NCBI RefSeq assembly: GCF_009914755.1
Contig: NC_060939.1
Length of the DNA stretch: 64,000 nt
Origin: the human T2T-CHM13v2.0 reference genome, Homo sapiens
Direction: 5' to 3' (one strand)
Positions 41,520 to 64,000 of the stretch are shown here, piece by piece; within the stretch, counting starts at the first letter, position 1, and each line of letters opens with the position of its first letter. The notes beneath the pieces were generated by a model. That model ran no database searches. It had not been told where the DNA came from and saw only the letters and a list, made by a program, of their open reading frames with translations. The position numbers and the translations under genes are program-made.

Positions 41520-42752
41520 TAAGGCAATCCTAAGCAAAAAAGAACAAAGCTGGAGGCATCATATTACCCAACCTCAAACTATACTACAAGGCTACAGTAA
41601 CCAAAACAGCATGATACTGGTACAAAAACAGACACATAAACCAATGGAACATAATGAGAGGCCAGAAATAGTGCTGCACACCTATAACCATCTGAACTTT
41701 CACAAAGAGGATACAAACAAGCAGTAGGGAAAGGACTTTCTATTCAATAAATGGTGCTGGGATAATGGGCAAGCCACATGCAAAAGACTGAAATGTAACC
41801 CCTTCTTTCTTTTCCATTTGTTTTATTTTATTTTATTTTGTTACTATTATACTTTAAGTTTTAGGGTACACGTGCACAACGTGCAGGTTTTGTTACACAT
41901 GTATACATGTGCCATGTTGGTGTGCTGCACCCTACAAAAATCAGTTCAACATGGATTGGAGAATTAAATGTAAAACCGCAAACTATAAAAACCCCAGGAG
42001 ATAACTTAGGAAATTCCATTCTCAAATAGGCCCTGGCTAGTATTTCATGGTGAAGACACCAAAAACATTGACCACAAAAACCAGAAATTGACAAATGAGA
42101 CCTAAGTAAACTAAAGAGCTTCTGCAGAGCAGAATGAACTGTCAACAGAGTCAACAGACAACCCACAAAATGGGATAAAATATTTGCAAACTATGCACCC
42201 AACAAAGGTCTAATATCCAGAATCTACAAGGAACTTAAATGATCGAGCAAAAAACAATCTCTTTAAAAATTGGGCAAAGGACATGAACAAAGGCTTTTCA
42301 AAGACCTACATGCAGCCAAGAAGCATATGAAAAAATGCTCGACATCGCTAAGCACATCAAAACCACAACGAGATACCAACTCACAGCAGTCAGAATGGTT
42401 ATTATTAAAAAGTCAAAAAATAACATGCTAGTGAGGTTTCAGAGAAGAGGGAACACTTATACGCTGCTGGTGGGAATGTAAATTAGTTCAGCCATTGTGG
42501 AAAGCAGCGTGGCAATTTCTCAAAGAAATTAAAAGAGAATTATCATTTAACCTAGCAATCTCATTATTGGGCACATATCCAAAGGAATATAAATCATTTT
42601 ACCATAAAGACATATGCACACATATGTTCAACACAGTACTATTCTCAATAGCAAAGTTGCCATCAATGGTAAACTGTATAAAGAAAATGTGGTACACAGA
42701 CACAATGGAATACTATGTAGTCATAAAAAGAATGAGATCATGTCCTTTGCAA
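41520..42752 (+). mobile_element. Second sense L1 ORF2 3' segment, re-starting ~700 nt earlier in ORF2
   Basis: At 41520 the sequence jumps back to 'gcaatcctaagcaaaaaagaacaaagctggaggcatc', which is homologous to ~40730-40830. Confidence 0.75.
41808..41932 (-). mobile_element. Very short young L1PA 3'-end insertion
   Basis: T-rich tail followed by 'ttatactttaagttttagggtacacgtgcacaacgtgcagg...gctgcaccc'. Confidence 0.85.
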
Positions 42753-42759
42753 GAAAGAG

Positions 42760-44200
<1,441 letters not shown>

Positions 44201-44332
44201 AGAATGTGAAACAACTATTAACTCTGAAAAACGAAACAAAGTAAACTTAAATGTTATTATTCTTCTTCCTTTGATTTTTTTGTATAAAGTGTTAAGGATA
44301 TAAAAATACTAGAAGTCATGCCATAAAAGTAA

Positions 44333-44697
<365 letters not shown>

Positions 44698-45380
44698 ATT
44701 CTTTGACTTTTTAATAATAGTCCTTCTGACTGGTGTGAGATGGTATCTCATTGTGGTTTTGATTTGCATTTCTCTAATGAATAGTCAAGCTGAGCATTTT
44801 TTTTTTCATATGCTTATTGGCCGTATACATGTTTTCTTTTGGGAAGTATCTTTTCATATAAAAAGTGGTCATTTTTTTGAGAAAAAAATGAATAAATTCA
44901 GAGACAAACTCTTGTTGGTTAAAAATAATATTGAATATATACATGTCAATGCATAAATAGAATACAATTTAATAAAATACCAGTAATACTTTTCATTGTA
45001 AAATTAATTCAAGATTATCTAGAAGAGAAAATCTATCCAAGGTGATAAAACTTTCCTAGAAGGATTAAAAAGTCTCCATTTTGAGGACTATTTTAGATCT
45101 TCAGATTAATTTTATCTTATCTATTAGAGTGAACATTAAGAGGTGAGTAAGATCCTGGATTATATGCACAATTATGAAAAAAAATCATGTTTTTAAAAGT
45201 TTTGGTGGCAAGACTAACCTACTCCAAGATGGGGTTGTTATTCCACTTAAGAACGTATCTAACCTCATTCATTTTGCTTCCTTTCTCTATTTTCCTCTGT
45301 GCAGCTCTCTTTATCATTGTTTTCTTTTTATGGTTATATGGATTTGTAGACTGTGCATTTATATGGACTGCCATGCGAGC

Positions 45381-45849
45381 TGTCACAGCCCAGGCAGTGG
45401 AGTGTGGTTGGCTTGTGGGTAGTAAGAAGAATTTACCAACAACTGTATAGATTTGAAAAGGAAAGTTGTATTAGATGGAAAGAACGCTGCAGAGGAGTGC
45501 AGCAGGGCTCCTCAGCAAGAGAGGACTGAGGACGCCACTGCAGTAGATTTTTCCTTAGGGTATTTATGGACCTTAAAGTGGGAGCTTAAGGGTAATTTTT
45601 ACCATATTAGCCACATAGGTCATGGTAAACAATTACATTTATAGACATTTTGGTGCCTTGATGTCAGCAGGGATTGCACAATGAGTTTAGAATACATGCA
45701 TTCCAGAGATGCATAGAAATTCTGGTTACTCACAAATTTTTGGAAAAGAAATCTCATACCAGATGCCAGCTTTACATAATAGGGATGTCTAATTACTTCT
45801 GAATTCCTTGGATAAGGAGTTTTGCCTCTGGATGGTCTTGCTCTCCTCA
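45381..45849 (-). mobile_element. Solo ERV1 LTR (MER84-like; subfamily uncertain)
   Basis: The reverse complement begins 'tgaggagagcaagaccatccagaggcaaaactccttatc'. TG/CA ends. It interrupts the paralogy with ~23000. Confidence 0.65.
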
Positions 45850-46701
45850 TGGACTAGTATCTCTCTGTCTCTTCACCATTTGTTTTTAAGTCATACGACT
45901 ATCTTTCCATTTATGTCTCTGCTAGTCTTTCTTTTCCCTTTTCTCTTGATTTTTATTTTGATTATTGTAACTTTTTCTGTACTTCTCTCTCTCTCCTTTC
46001 TTCTTTCTTTCCTTTTTCTACTCTTACACTTTGTTTTTGAACTGTGAAATAAATTAAAACAAATGTATTTGGTGATAAATTATGTTTATTACCCCCAAAT
46101 CTGTGTTCTTATTTCACTTGTAAAGTGACCCATAAACTCAGTGTTTTCTTTAAAGCAAAAGATTAAACTAATTTTTAAATAAAATTAATAAAATTAATTT
46201 GCATTTATTTTTTCTGACTCAAATAATTTTTAAAATTAATAATCTTTAATGGAAAAATGTTTTTCATCCTTGTTTTAGTTGAGCAGAGTGAAAGGGAACA
46301 AATTACAAATACCAAGATCATGACACATCTTTTCATGCTATGTAGGAGATCACCTTCCCTTTAGCAATTGTTCTATCCTATACTAAGAAACTATTTTCTC
46401 TAAGAAGAATTATGCAGCAGTATTCATGAGCTTTTCAATATTTCCTTTGCTAATGTCCTTATCACCGTCAACATCCTACAACTGAGTAAGGTGCTTATCT
46501 TGCATGCAAAATTTAAAGGCGTGCCCAAAAACTCAATAGTAGAGATAAACATTTAAATCAATATTTTGAGAAATCAAAATTAATTTTAAAATTTGTGATA
46601 AAGTACCAAATTTTAAGCAAAGGCAGGATCAGCAACTGCCATGTTGAGCCATGTTGGAACCTGAGGCAACAGGAAAAATAAATAATATTGGTGAAGTCTT
46701 T

Positions 46702-53170
<6,469 letters not shown>

Positions 53171-53206
53171 AAGTTTGGTGAAGCCTTTAATTGAAAAATT
53201 TGAGTC

Positions 53207-53213
<7 letters not shown>

Positions 53214-53265
<52 letters not shown>

Positions 53266-53266
53266 G
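53214..53266. repeat. (TA)n microsatellite
   Basis: About 22 uninterrupted TA units plus a degenerate end. Confidence 0.95.
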
Positions 53267-54574
53267 TAATTTTTGCCTCATCCTACCCCTGCTTGCTTTT
53301 GTGGTACAAAGCAATAATCTCTCATCATTTATTTAATATTTTTCTCCTTTTGAATTTTATTATAACATGTAAATTTACTTCTCTCAAACTTCTATTTACT
53401 TCTGGACTAAAAAGTATGCTTCTGAATAGGGTTCTGTCTTTTTCACAGTAGAATTTTTGTTTTAGAACTAGAAAGGAAGTCAGCTTGGCATTATGTAGCA
53501 CATTTAAAAAAAATTAGTTCTTGCAAAGCTCTGGTATTTTTCTTTGCCTTATTTAGTTGATAACTAATATAGTTTGCCTAATAACTCCCTTTGGAAGCAT
53601 TCAGTGGGTCACGGTAGTCTCAAATCTCAAAAGCACTTTCTCCATTACAATAGAGAGATTTTAAAATCTAAGGTTCCTCATGTGGCAATGAACATTTATG
53701 AACAATGGCAAAATTGGTTATTCTTACTAGGAGAGGGAGGATGGCTACTTTGTGAGAGTAACATAAGATCCCTGAAGGCTTAAATTTCTGGAGCTCTTCA
53801 TATATATACAAGAAACAAGAAGAAAGAGACAATAGAAAAAATATTGCAACTATTTTACTTGTTCACCTGATATCTTAGATTGCAGTTGAATAGACAGGTC
53901 AGAGTATTAGCAGGAATAGCCACAGGCTAAGGTCTAAATTCAGCAGTGGGGCACTGTGTATTCTCTCTCCTAATAGATCTCCATCTGCATTTAATGCTTG
54001 GGATTACTTTACTGGTGAACTAAACCTTTAATTCTATTATAATTTTCCATAGACTCAAGAGAATTGACATCTGGTGTTAAAAAACAAAAAATCATACAAA
54101 TGACTGATATGTATCATTTTCCTTATTAAATATGGAAGAAAGGGGAGGAGGATGCAGAAATGGTTGGCTAAAAGCTCCAGAGAAAAACTTAACAGATTTT
54201 ATGATTTTGCGGAAGGTAAGTCCTTGACCTCTTCATTTTCACATTCAGCAGGTATGAAAGTTTCTTCTGTTACATATGGTTCTATCATTTATTCATAGAA
54301 TTTTGACAGAAAGCTGTAGAACTGAAAAAAAGCTTGATATACAAACTACTAGCTGTATTGGCAATTTTACATGAAGGCATTACTGACCCTCCACAGCTTC
54401 TTTCTATTAACCATTCAGATTTATGCAACTACCATTATCCCAGGGGTTACTCAAAGACATTGACAAAAGATCTAGCAGCATTCTGTCCATTCAATATAAC
54501 TACTTTTAACATCTAAATATTTTCAGGATTAACTTTGGTTGAAGCATACTTGAATGAATTACATATTAATACCA

Positions 54575-54770
54575 TCATCACCTCATTTGATCCTCATGTT
54601 ACCCCCATCAGACCCAAAGAGTCAATACATTAAACTATTTGGTAGATGAAAACTCAGGCTTCTGAAAGCTAAGTGACTTTGCCAGAATCACACAGTAAGT
54701 TAATTGCTCAGTCAAGGCATGAGAGTCAGATAAATGATTCCCAAACCAGGGATCCTTTTATGTTATTACA
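54575..54770 (-). mobile_element. MIR relic
   Basis: 'ctcatttgatcctca...gtagatgaaaactcaggct...ctaagtgactttgccagaatcacacag'. Confidence 0.7.
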
Positions 54771-56338
54771 TTGCCTAAAAAACTGGCATTCAAATGGAAT
54801 TTAGAGGGCATTTAATCTGGCCATCTCATTTGATTGATGAATAAATTTTCTGGCTAAGAATCTATACATTTGTTTAGTGCTTTATATACTCAGCATCAGC
54901 ATCAGTATAAATTAAATTTTCTATTATGTTCTCAGCCTGATTCACACTTTTTAGAAAATATAAAACTTATTTCATACTCAAATAATTTACTAACCTTGTG
55001 TAGTTAGTAAATTATTACTACTAATATTACATCTCTATTTTTGAAATTTACATTCAATATATTTATTTCATTAGGATGCTACTAATGAAATTAACTTTTT
55101 TTTTAAAAAAAGGTGAATCATCTCATTTTTATCAGGTTCACTACATATATATGAAGTAGTTGATAAATGACTCAGCGTTGGCCAATTGCAAGAATACCAC
55201 TTAAAAGTAAATGGTTATTACTGAAGAGTGAATTATACATTTTCATTTTGTAGACTTAACATTTAAAATGGAAGATGGTGGGAAGCACACACATTTCTCA
55301 GTCTTGTTGGAAAAGCAAATGACAACGAGATTTTCTGTTTCTTGTTTCGTTTTGTTTTTAGATGCATTAGCAAGACAGGTGTGGGTAGAATGGAGTAGCC
55401 ATGAACATAGACAAAAAGTGGAGAGAGTGAAAACATATCAGAGTGAAAAAACATAGATAAATGTAAGGGAGAAGAAAGAAAAAAAAATAAAGAACAATAT
55501 TTAAAGAGAACAAAATAAATAGAGCCAGAAAGAAACAGAGAAGGGGAAAAGAACAGGCAACAAATTAACAGGGAAAAGAAGTCACAACCAGAAAAAAAAA
55601 GAAAATGAACTGCTTATTGATGAATAAAGAAAGAGAGAAAAAGAAAAATAAGGAAGGAGGCGGAGTAAGCACATAAGATCTCTAAACACTTGGCTCCAGC
55701 AGCCCATCTGACCACACTCAGACTCCAGGCATGCACACACAGAGTTGCCTGGAGATGTTTCTGTGTCTCCACCTTGCAAATGTGGTGAACCCTTCTCCTT
55801 CATCTTCCCTATTTCTGCAGTGTGTCATCATGGCCAGAAACTGATCAATCCACGAATTAGCTGAAATGGCAAGAACGATTAGAGATACAGTGAGGAGGGT
55901 ATGGTACAGAGTTTTGACAGAACTTTCTCTACTAATTTGGCTAAAATAGAACACTTTACTCTGATGACGTCATCATTTATGGATTTTTTTTTTTTGGTAG
56001 AAACTTATTTTATTTTGCTTAGAGGAACGCTCATCTGATTAGTCTCTGCGTCTATTCCAACCACAATTTAGAGAAGGTAGAGATAATTCAAAGATGGAAA
56101 TGGGACAGGGAAGAAAGTTGATCAAGATGTCAAGTAGTACAGAATCCCATCTGTTAAGAAACAGTGGAAAAATAACAGTGAGGCTGGGACACAGGCAGAA
56201 TGGAAGAGCTTATAACCTTCAATTTCAAAGTCCTTCAGAAATCCTCAAATGTCTCAGGGATATTGTTAAATGCTAACACATCAAGAAATACCTCACTCTA
56301 TGTTAGCATGTGGGATGCATAAAACATATAAGTAAGTA

Positions 56339-56768
56339 CAGTTGACTCCAGAAAAACATGGGTTTGAACCACACGTGTCCACTTATATGTGGATTTTCTT
56401 CCACCTCTGCCACCCCTGAGACAGCAAAACGAACCCTTCCTTTTCCTTCTCCTCAGCCTACTCAGTGGGAAGACGACAACGATAAGAACTTTATGATGAT
56501 TTGCTTCCACTTAATGAACAGTATTTATATCTTCCTTTCCTTATGATTTTGTTATATTTTATTTTCTGTAGCTTAATTTATTGTAGGAATATAGTATATA
56601 ATACATAAAACAAAAATATTTGTTATTCAACTGTTTATGTTACCAGCAAAGCTTCTGATCAACAGTAATCATTAGAAGCTAAGTTTTTAGGGAGTCAGGG
56701 TATGTGCTAATTTTTTATTGCACAGGGGATCTGCCCCCTTAACTCCTGCATTGTTCAATTGTCAACTG
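56339..56768. mobile_element. Tigger2a-like MITE
   Basis: TA-cagttgac ... gtcaactg-TA. 430 bp, with internal 'ctctgccacccctgagacagcaa'. Confidence 0.88.
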
Positions 56769-57325
56769 TAGAAGGGGCTCTTGATTTAAGGAAATATTTA
56801 TATAGGCAGATAGTAGAATAAATGTTGAGACAAATGGCTGGCAAAGGGGGAAAAGGTTAAGACATGAGCAGAAAAGCTCATTTGAAGGATCTACAAAATA
56901 TTTTTTCCTATTACAATTTTGCATGTGTTTGTATGTGTGTGCATACGTGTGTGTTCATGTGGTATTTGCATATGTATATATGATGATGTGTTAAAATATG
57001 ACTTTCATAAATTCCACATGTGGCTGCCAGTAACACCCAGAAATTTCTGTATTAACCACTCTATTCCACTCTAGGGATACATAAAGCAGATAGTTTTAAT
57101 GCTTCTTAAAATATGTACCCTAAGATGACACTATATAGATGTGCTGTCTGTCTTTTGGTGTTTGTTTGCTTGTTTGTTTGCTTGTTTGGTGTTTGTTTGC
57201 CTGATTTTCTATTTCTCTCTTCTTTCTTCCCTCATCCTCTATCTTCTTGTCTTTCTTTTCTAGGTACTGTTGCAGTAGCATTTTCTGTCAAAGATTTTCC
57301 CTTCCTTCCGTACCCCATGTGCTAG

Positions 57326-57656
<331 letters not shown>

Positions 57657-59246
57657 GCTAGAGCACTTATTTAAAACAAATACACTGTTTAGTTAAATCA
57701 TATTAAGAATATCCTTTTATATTACAGTTTGTATTTTGTTGTAGGCCAACAATTTTCAAACTTAAAAAATTTACTCCCCTAAGACATTTTTTGAATATGT
57801 AACCTTAAATGTATGCATATTTATTTATAAAGTATATATAAACCATTGTACTATGTTATCCATTATAAATATTAAAAAGTGAATTTAGAAAAGAATGAAA
57901 TGTAGTGATACATATAAAATGTTATACACTGACTAAATATAGATAAATTACTATGTTCTTTCTATACTTCAGTGGATTATCATGTGCACCTTCTGGAATG
58001 AGTATACCCCATGAAAACAATCTGAATTTTAAATATGAATTTTCTTCACAATGGACATTGTTTTTCTTTTTATTTAAACAAGGTTGAACTTACAAATCAA
58101 AGCAATACGGGAGTGATTTTAGACTAGCAATATTATCTTTAGTTATTCAGATGCACAAAAAGAACATTCATTCATTGAAGCTGTGATTAAAAAATTCTTT
58201 ATCTATTTAAACTGAATAGTATACACTTGCATTATCCTACTACTTATCAAGCAGAGCAAAAAATAAAACTCACTCTAAACTTAAGTAATATAACTACAGG
58301 TTATTTCTCATCTTTGAAATGGAAGAATAACACTACAGTATCTTTATGGCTACTTACAGTGTATCTATGCTATGATCTTATGAGTTGAGATAATGATATT
58401 TTAAAGTTTTATACTTGCAAATTTTATATTGTAGCATATTTTTTGTTAAAGGGCTGTATCTTGGGTGTCATACTTGGAACAGAGAAAGAAATGTGTTGTG
58501 AGTTTATTAGTATTTGAAACTCAAAAAGTGCTAAATAAGCTGCATGCAGGTGTGGAGTGGCCACAGGAGTGGTGTTCAAACAGAGTTACAGCTGGAGCAC
58601 TGTGCCTGTGTTAGGTCAAAAGTGGAGCTATAGCTTGGGATTCTCGTGAACAGTCTGGGAAAAGAGTATTCAAGGATATCAGACCAAAAGGAGTATAATA
58701 AGAAGTAAATTAGATGATAAGACAGAGGGCAAGGAAGAGAGTTACCAGCTAGGAACTGGGAATTACACAGGAACTGAGGGAAGAAAATGTCTAGGAAAAT
58801 TTGGGGGTGGTGTGGACAAGGAGAAAAAGGGTCTAATCCCAAGAAAAGAACTAACCCTCAAGCATAGTATATCCAAAAAACTCAAAGACCTTCAGATTTG
58901 AAGTTAGGTTGTGTCTCCATTAGGAAACTTACATGATTTAGGAATGTAGGAATCCCAACGTGGAGGATACCAGACTCCTAACATGGAAAATGATTCTGTA
59001 GAAGCACATGGTTGAATGGGAATAAACCTGTAGCTTTGAGAACCATATTTTGTTTTCATTTTTCATTTTAAATTTGGAGAAATTAAGGTAACGGAGTTTC
59101 CCCAGAATAGGAGAGGGATGGGAAGTGTTGTTTTTAGCTGAAGTACTATATGTGCCAAATATTTTTTAGCTGTAGAACTAGTATCTAGTTGGAAGACATA
59201 GCAATAACAATTAATTCTGCTTCTTAATGTACTGCAGGCCAGGGAA

Positions 59247-60170
59247 ATGGAAAGCGAGAACAGAACAGTGATAAGAGAATTCATCCTCCTTCGTTTGACC
59301 CAGTTTCGAGATATTTAGCTCCTGGTCTTTGTGCTAGTTTTAATATTCTACTTCTTCATCCTCCCTGGAAATTTTCTCATTATTTTCACCATAAGGTCAG
59401 ACCCTGGGCTCACAGCCCCCCTCTATTTATTTCTGGGCAACTTGGCCTTCCTGGATGCATCCTACTCCTTCATTGTGGCTCCCAAGATGTTGGTGGACTT
59501 CCTCTCTGAGAAGAAGGTAATCTCCTACAGAGGCTGCATCACTCAGCTCTTTTTCTTGCACTTCCTTGGAGGAGGGGAGGGATTACTCCTTGTTGTGATG
59601 GCCTTTGACCGCTACATCACCATCTGCCTGCCTCTGCAGTATTCAACTGTCATGAACTCTAGAGCCTGCTATGCAATGATGTTGGCTCTGTGGCTTGGGG
59701 GTTTTGTCCACTCCATTATCCAGGTGGTCCTCATCATCCGCTTGCCTTTTTGTGGCCCAAACCAGCTGGACAACTTCTTCTGTGATGTCCGACAGGTCAT
59801 CAAGCTGGCTTGCACCGACATGTTTGTGGTGGAGCTTCTGATGGTCTTCAATAGTGGCCTGATGACACTCATGTGCTTTCTGGGACTTCTGGCCTCCTAT
59901 GCAGTCATTCTTTGTCGCATACGAGCGTCTTCTTCTGAGGCAAAAAACAAGGCCATGTCCACATGCACCACCCATATCATTGTTATATTCTTCATGTTTG
60001 GACCTGGCATCTTCATCTACACGTGCCCCTTCAGGGCTTTCCCAGCCGACAAGGTGGTTTCTCTCTTCCACACAGTGATTCTTCCTTTGTTGAATCCTGT
60101 CATTTATACCCTTCATAACCAGGAAGTGAAAGCTTCCATGAAAAAGGTGTTTAATAAACACATAGCCTGA
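59247..60170 (+). pseudogene. OR4N3P: OR4N-family pseudogene (307 codons) with a single in-frame stop
   Basis: The ATG at 59247 reads MESENRTVIREFILLRLTQFRDI*. The TAG at 59316-59318 aligns to CAG (Gln24) in OR4N4. The rest of the frame is open to TGA at 60170. Acceptor AG at 59236-59237 and AATAAA at 60191. Confidence 0.9.
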
Positions 60171-61699
60171 AAAAGGGCAAAAAAAAAAAGAATAAAAATA
60201 GACTGTAGAATTTTATCTGAAATTGATTTGTTTATTTCCAAGTACTGCAATCATTGAATACCTCCCATTTGTCAGGACTATTCTAGGAACTGAAGAAAGA
60301 AAGTATTGAGGCAGATAAGGTCTATCTGCTCTCCAAGAGATACAACCTAGTAAAAATAGACCGCCGTTAAGGTAGAAAATAAACAGCATAGTTTCAGGAA
60401 GAGATACTGCTCTGTAAAAACTAAAACGAAAAGTGAAATGATAAACTGTGACTCTGGATTGGGAGTAACCAATTTGTGTTTAATAATAAAAAAAGGCCTT
60501 GAAGAGCTGACATTTTGGATCATATCTGGATAAACTGAAGAAGCCAAACATGCAAACTTTTGTGGCTATAGTATGGTAGACAGAGGGCACAGGCAGTGCA
60601 AAAACTCAAAGATGATGATGAACTTGGTATATTTGAAGAATACAATAAAGTCCATGTTACCAAGAATATAGTAATTTAATGTGAAAATGATTAAACTTAA
60701 AGTTAGAGATACTGGTAGTGTCAAAAACATATGGTCTACATAGTAAATGTGAGTTTTCATTTTATTACAATTACAATAAGAAGCCATTCTGTGGCTTTAA
60801 GCAAAAGAGTGATTCCTCTACTGAAGGGTCATAAATGACTTAGGGCTGTAAACTCAAGATTCTATGCAGATATCAAAGAGTTGAAAAATATCATTAAGAG
60901 GAAAATATTATATTTGTAAGTGCACTTTGAAAGATATTAAACTACCAATTTTTCTTACATACGTAAGCAGAGAGTGGCAAAAGAAAGCTGGTTACTTTTA
61001 CTGAAAAAGATCAAAAAAAATTTTACTTTTTTTTTCTGCAGCTTCATTATTAATCCTAGCAAATTTTTATGACTTTTAGCTGTATGTTTGACCTTATTGC
61101 CAATTGATTTCACTGTAAGTTTAATAATGACAGTCTTTTCATAGACCAATCAGGATTTTGTGTCAGAGAGAAGAAACCATTCCAGCTATTTTAAACAAAA
61201 CATCATTTAATATCAAGAGAGGTGTTCACAAAATCACTGCAAAGTCTAGAACAGCAGACTATAGGCTGGACACCCAGAGATGACTTACAGACTAACACAG
61301 GTGACCTATGTTGTCAGGGAAGTTGTTCTTGCTACAATCTTAGCCATCTGTTGTCTGAAAAACACTACAATTTTAGCCATGTGCCTGGGATCAAGTTGAT
61401 GATCCGGAATCACTTTGGACCTAACAAATCGCCCCTAGTATAACAGAAGCCTATCCTACTGCCTCCCTTTAACTAGCTTACTACATATTCAAATCTCAAA
61501 TGAGTACATTAAATGGGCAGCATCCAAAACATCTGGAACCCCAAATGCAAGGGGGTCAAAAATTGAGTTTTAAAATATTTTATTTTTGATAAAAACCAAA
61601 GTTTATACTTAGGAATATAAATTTTGTACATGGTAAAAATATTCAGACTATAGAAAAAGTGGTCTGAATCTTCAAATAATCCTCCTCTATTATCACTCT

Positions 61700-62040
61700 G
61701 TTTATTGTGTTGCTTCCTGTTTTACTGAGAAAGGTAACAGGTGAGAATTCCTTAATCTCCCATCACTACCACTATACAACCTGCATCTGTGATTAAGTTT
61801 CCTTTAACTTCTCCTGAAACTGGGTGACCTGATCCTGCTCCTACAGAAGTAAACCCTTCCACCTGTGCACCAGATTCCATCCCGTCCTCTCTACTAAAGG
61901 CAATTACTCTGGTAACTCTCCTTTCTCTCACCTATAACATGAACTTTGTCCTCCCTATTGGGTGTAACCTTTAGCGTGTAACCGCATTTATTCCCTCCTA
62001 AATAAAACCTTCTTGCCACCTTTTCCCCTGTCCATGTCAC
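61700..62040 (+). mobile_element. Probable L2 relic
   Basis: CT-rich 'aaacccttccacctgtgcaccagattccatcccgtcctctctactaaagg'. Confidence 0.5.
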
Positions 62041-62044
62041 TTCA

Positions 62045-64000
62045 TGAGTCTTTGTGTCTCCACATGAATTTTAGGATTTTTAAAAATTTCTTTAAAAAAT
62101 GATGTTGGGATTTTCACAGAGATTGTATTGAATCTATAGATTGCTTCAGGTAGTGTGGATATTTTAACAATATTAATTGTTCTATTCCATTAACACAGAA
62201 AGTCTTTCCGTTTATTTCCATCTGCTTTAATTTCTTTCATCAATGTTTTACAGTTTAAGTGTACAAGTCTTTCACCTCTTTGTTTAAGTTTACTCCTAAA
62301 TATTTTATTTTTTGGTTCTAATGGAAATGAGATTAATTTCTTAATTTCCCTTTTAGATAGTTCTTTTTTATTGTATAGAATTGAAATGATTTGTTTCTTT
62401 TGTAGATTTTTAAATTTATAAATATTTAATTGACACATAAAGATCAAATATATTCAAGGTATATGAAATGATAATTTGATATACATATACATTGTATAAT
62501 GATTACCACAATCAAATTAACACATTAATCACCATCCATGTTGTACATTAGTTACCAAGAATGTGTTTATCTTAGGGCTGAAAGTTTGTACCATTTGACC
62601 AACATATTCCCCTTTTCTCTGACTTCAAAACCCTCTGACAACCACTGTTCTACTCTCTCCTTCAATGAGCTTTTTTTTTTTTTTTTCAGATTCTACATGT
62701 AAGTGAGATCATATAGTGTCTGTCTTTCTGTGTCTGGCTTATTTCACCTACCGTAATGTCTATTAGGTTTATCTATGTTGCTGCAAAGGGCAAAACTTCC
62801 TTCTTTCTTTGGCTGGATGATAATCTATCACATATATGTACCACAATTTTTATACTCATTCATCAATTGATGTACACTTGGGTTGTTTCCATATTTTGGC
62901 TATAGTGAATGATGCTGCAGTGAACATAGCAGTATAGTTATCTTTTAGAGATACTTATTTCATTTCCTTTGGGTATATATCTAGAAGTGAGATTGCTGGA
63001 ACATATGGAAGTTTTATTTTTTATTTTTTGAAGAACATCTATATTGTTTTCCATAATGCCTGTGCCAATTTACATTCCCATCAATAGTGTGAAAGGGTTC
63101 CCTTTTCTCCACATCCTTACCAACACTTGTTATCATGTGTCTTCTCATAATGGCCATTACAGTAGGTATGAGGTGATGTTTCATTGCGGTTTTAATTTCA
63201 TTTTCCCAATGGTTGATGATGTTGAGCACCTTTTCATATACATGTTGGCTATTTCTATGTCTGTTTTGGGAATATGTCTGTTAAAATCTTTGCCAATTGT
63301 AAAAATCAGGTTGTTTGTTGTTTTACTGTTGACTTGCGTACTTCCTAATATATTATGAGTATTAACCCCTTATCATACATATGGTTTACTAATATTTTCT
63401 CCCATTCGATAGGTTACCTTTTAATTTGGTCAATTGTTTCTTTTGTGGCGCAGTGGAATTTTTAGTTGATATAGTCCCACTTGTTTATTTTTTGTTGCCT
63501 GTGCTTTTGTGGTCATATCCAAAAAATGATTGCCAAGACTGTTGTCAAGGTGTTTTTTCCTTATGTTTTCTTCTGGTAGTTTTACAGTTTCAGGTTTTAC
63601 ATTTAAATCTTTAATTCATTTCCAGTTAGTTTTAGTATATGTCATAAGACAAGACTTCAGTTTCTTTCTTTTGCATGTGGATATTTAGCTTTTACAACAG
63701 CATTTATTAAATAGACTTTTCTTTTCCCATTGTGTATTATTGGCACCCTTGTCAAATCTTAGTTGGCCATATATGTGTGAATTTATTTTTGGGCTCCCTA
63801 CTGTGTTCCATTGTTATGTGTCATGTTTTTATAGTACCATACTGTTTTAATTAATATGGCTTTGTAGTAGAGTTTGAAGCAGTGAGTGTGATGCTTCCAG
63901 CTTTGTTCCTTTTTCTCAAAATTACTTTGGCTATTTAGAGTCTTGTACAAGTACATACAAATTTGGTTTTGTTTTTTCCATTTCTATGATGAATGCCATC
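62045..64000 (-). mobile_element. Old L1M fragments (L1MA8/9-like 3' end from ~62400), running off the window
   Basis: Antisense 3'UTR 'taatgattaccacaatcaa...gaaagtttgtaccatttgacc', and ORF2 remnants at 62190-62447 and 63014-63229. Confidence 0.85.

Noticed and set aside
59643-60161. 172-aa antisense ORF, echoed at 28603-28878
   Set aside because: A shadow of the OR sense frame. The similarity between the two is explained by OR paralogy.
59331-60170. 279-aa OR called from GTG as an intact gene
   Set aside because: The true start is the ATG at 59247, with a stop at codon 24. The GTG ORF lacks the N-terminal domain.
61140-61560. Possible old MaLR/ERVL LTR relic
   Set aside because: Too diverged to assign family or boundaries by eye.

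Overview
Primate, most likely human, euchromatic DNA. It is AT-rich and dominated by repeats. It holds part of a class II family-4 olfactory receptor (OR) cluster: three + strand single-coding-exon ORs. These are an OR4M2-type intact ORF (14226-15167), an OR4N4-type intact ORF (28207-29157) and an OR4N3P-type pseudogene (59247-60170, in-frame TAG at codon 24). The gene order and the ~14 kb and ~31 kb spacing match my recollection of the segmentally duplicated 15q11.2 cluster. Which paralogous copy or haplotype this is cannot be fixed without alignment. Most of the rest is L1 (a young 5'-truncated L1PA2-like copy with a stop-free ORF2, a full-length L1PA7/8-like copy, nested older L1s), Alus, solo LTRs, Tigger/MER DNA transposons, L2/MIR relics and microsatellites. 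I see no new multi-gene system. The most interesting unexplained signals are five. (1) A perfect 30-bp-arm palindrome next to a splice donor upstream of OR4M2. (2) A likely gene-conversion tract between the two OR4N genes, in which all 12 differences over 480 nt change an amino acid. (3) An ancient ~7 kb tandem duplication still readable in non-coding DNA, with reciprocal loss of splice donors. (4) 'Intact' ORs carrying substitutions in core signalling motifs. (5) A candidate 5'UTR exon whose choice of acceptor would switch OR4N4 between an overlapping uORF and an N-terminal extension. Repeat subfamily names are from memory of consensus sequences, and the boundaries of old elements are approximate.
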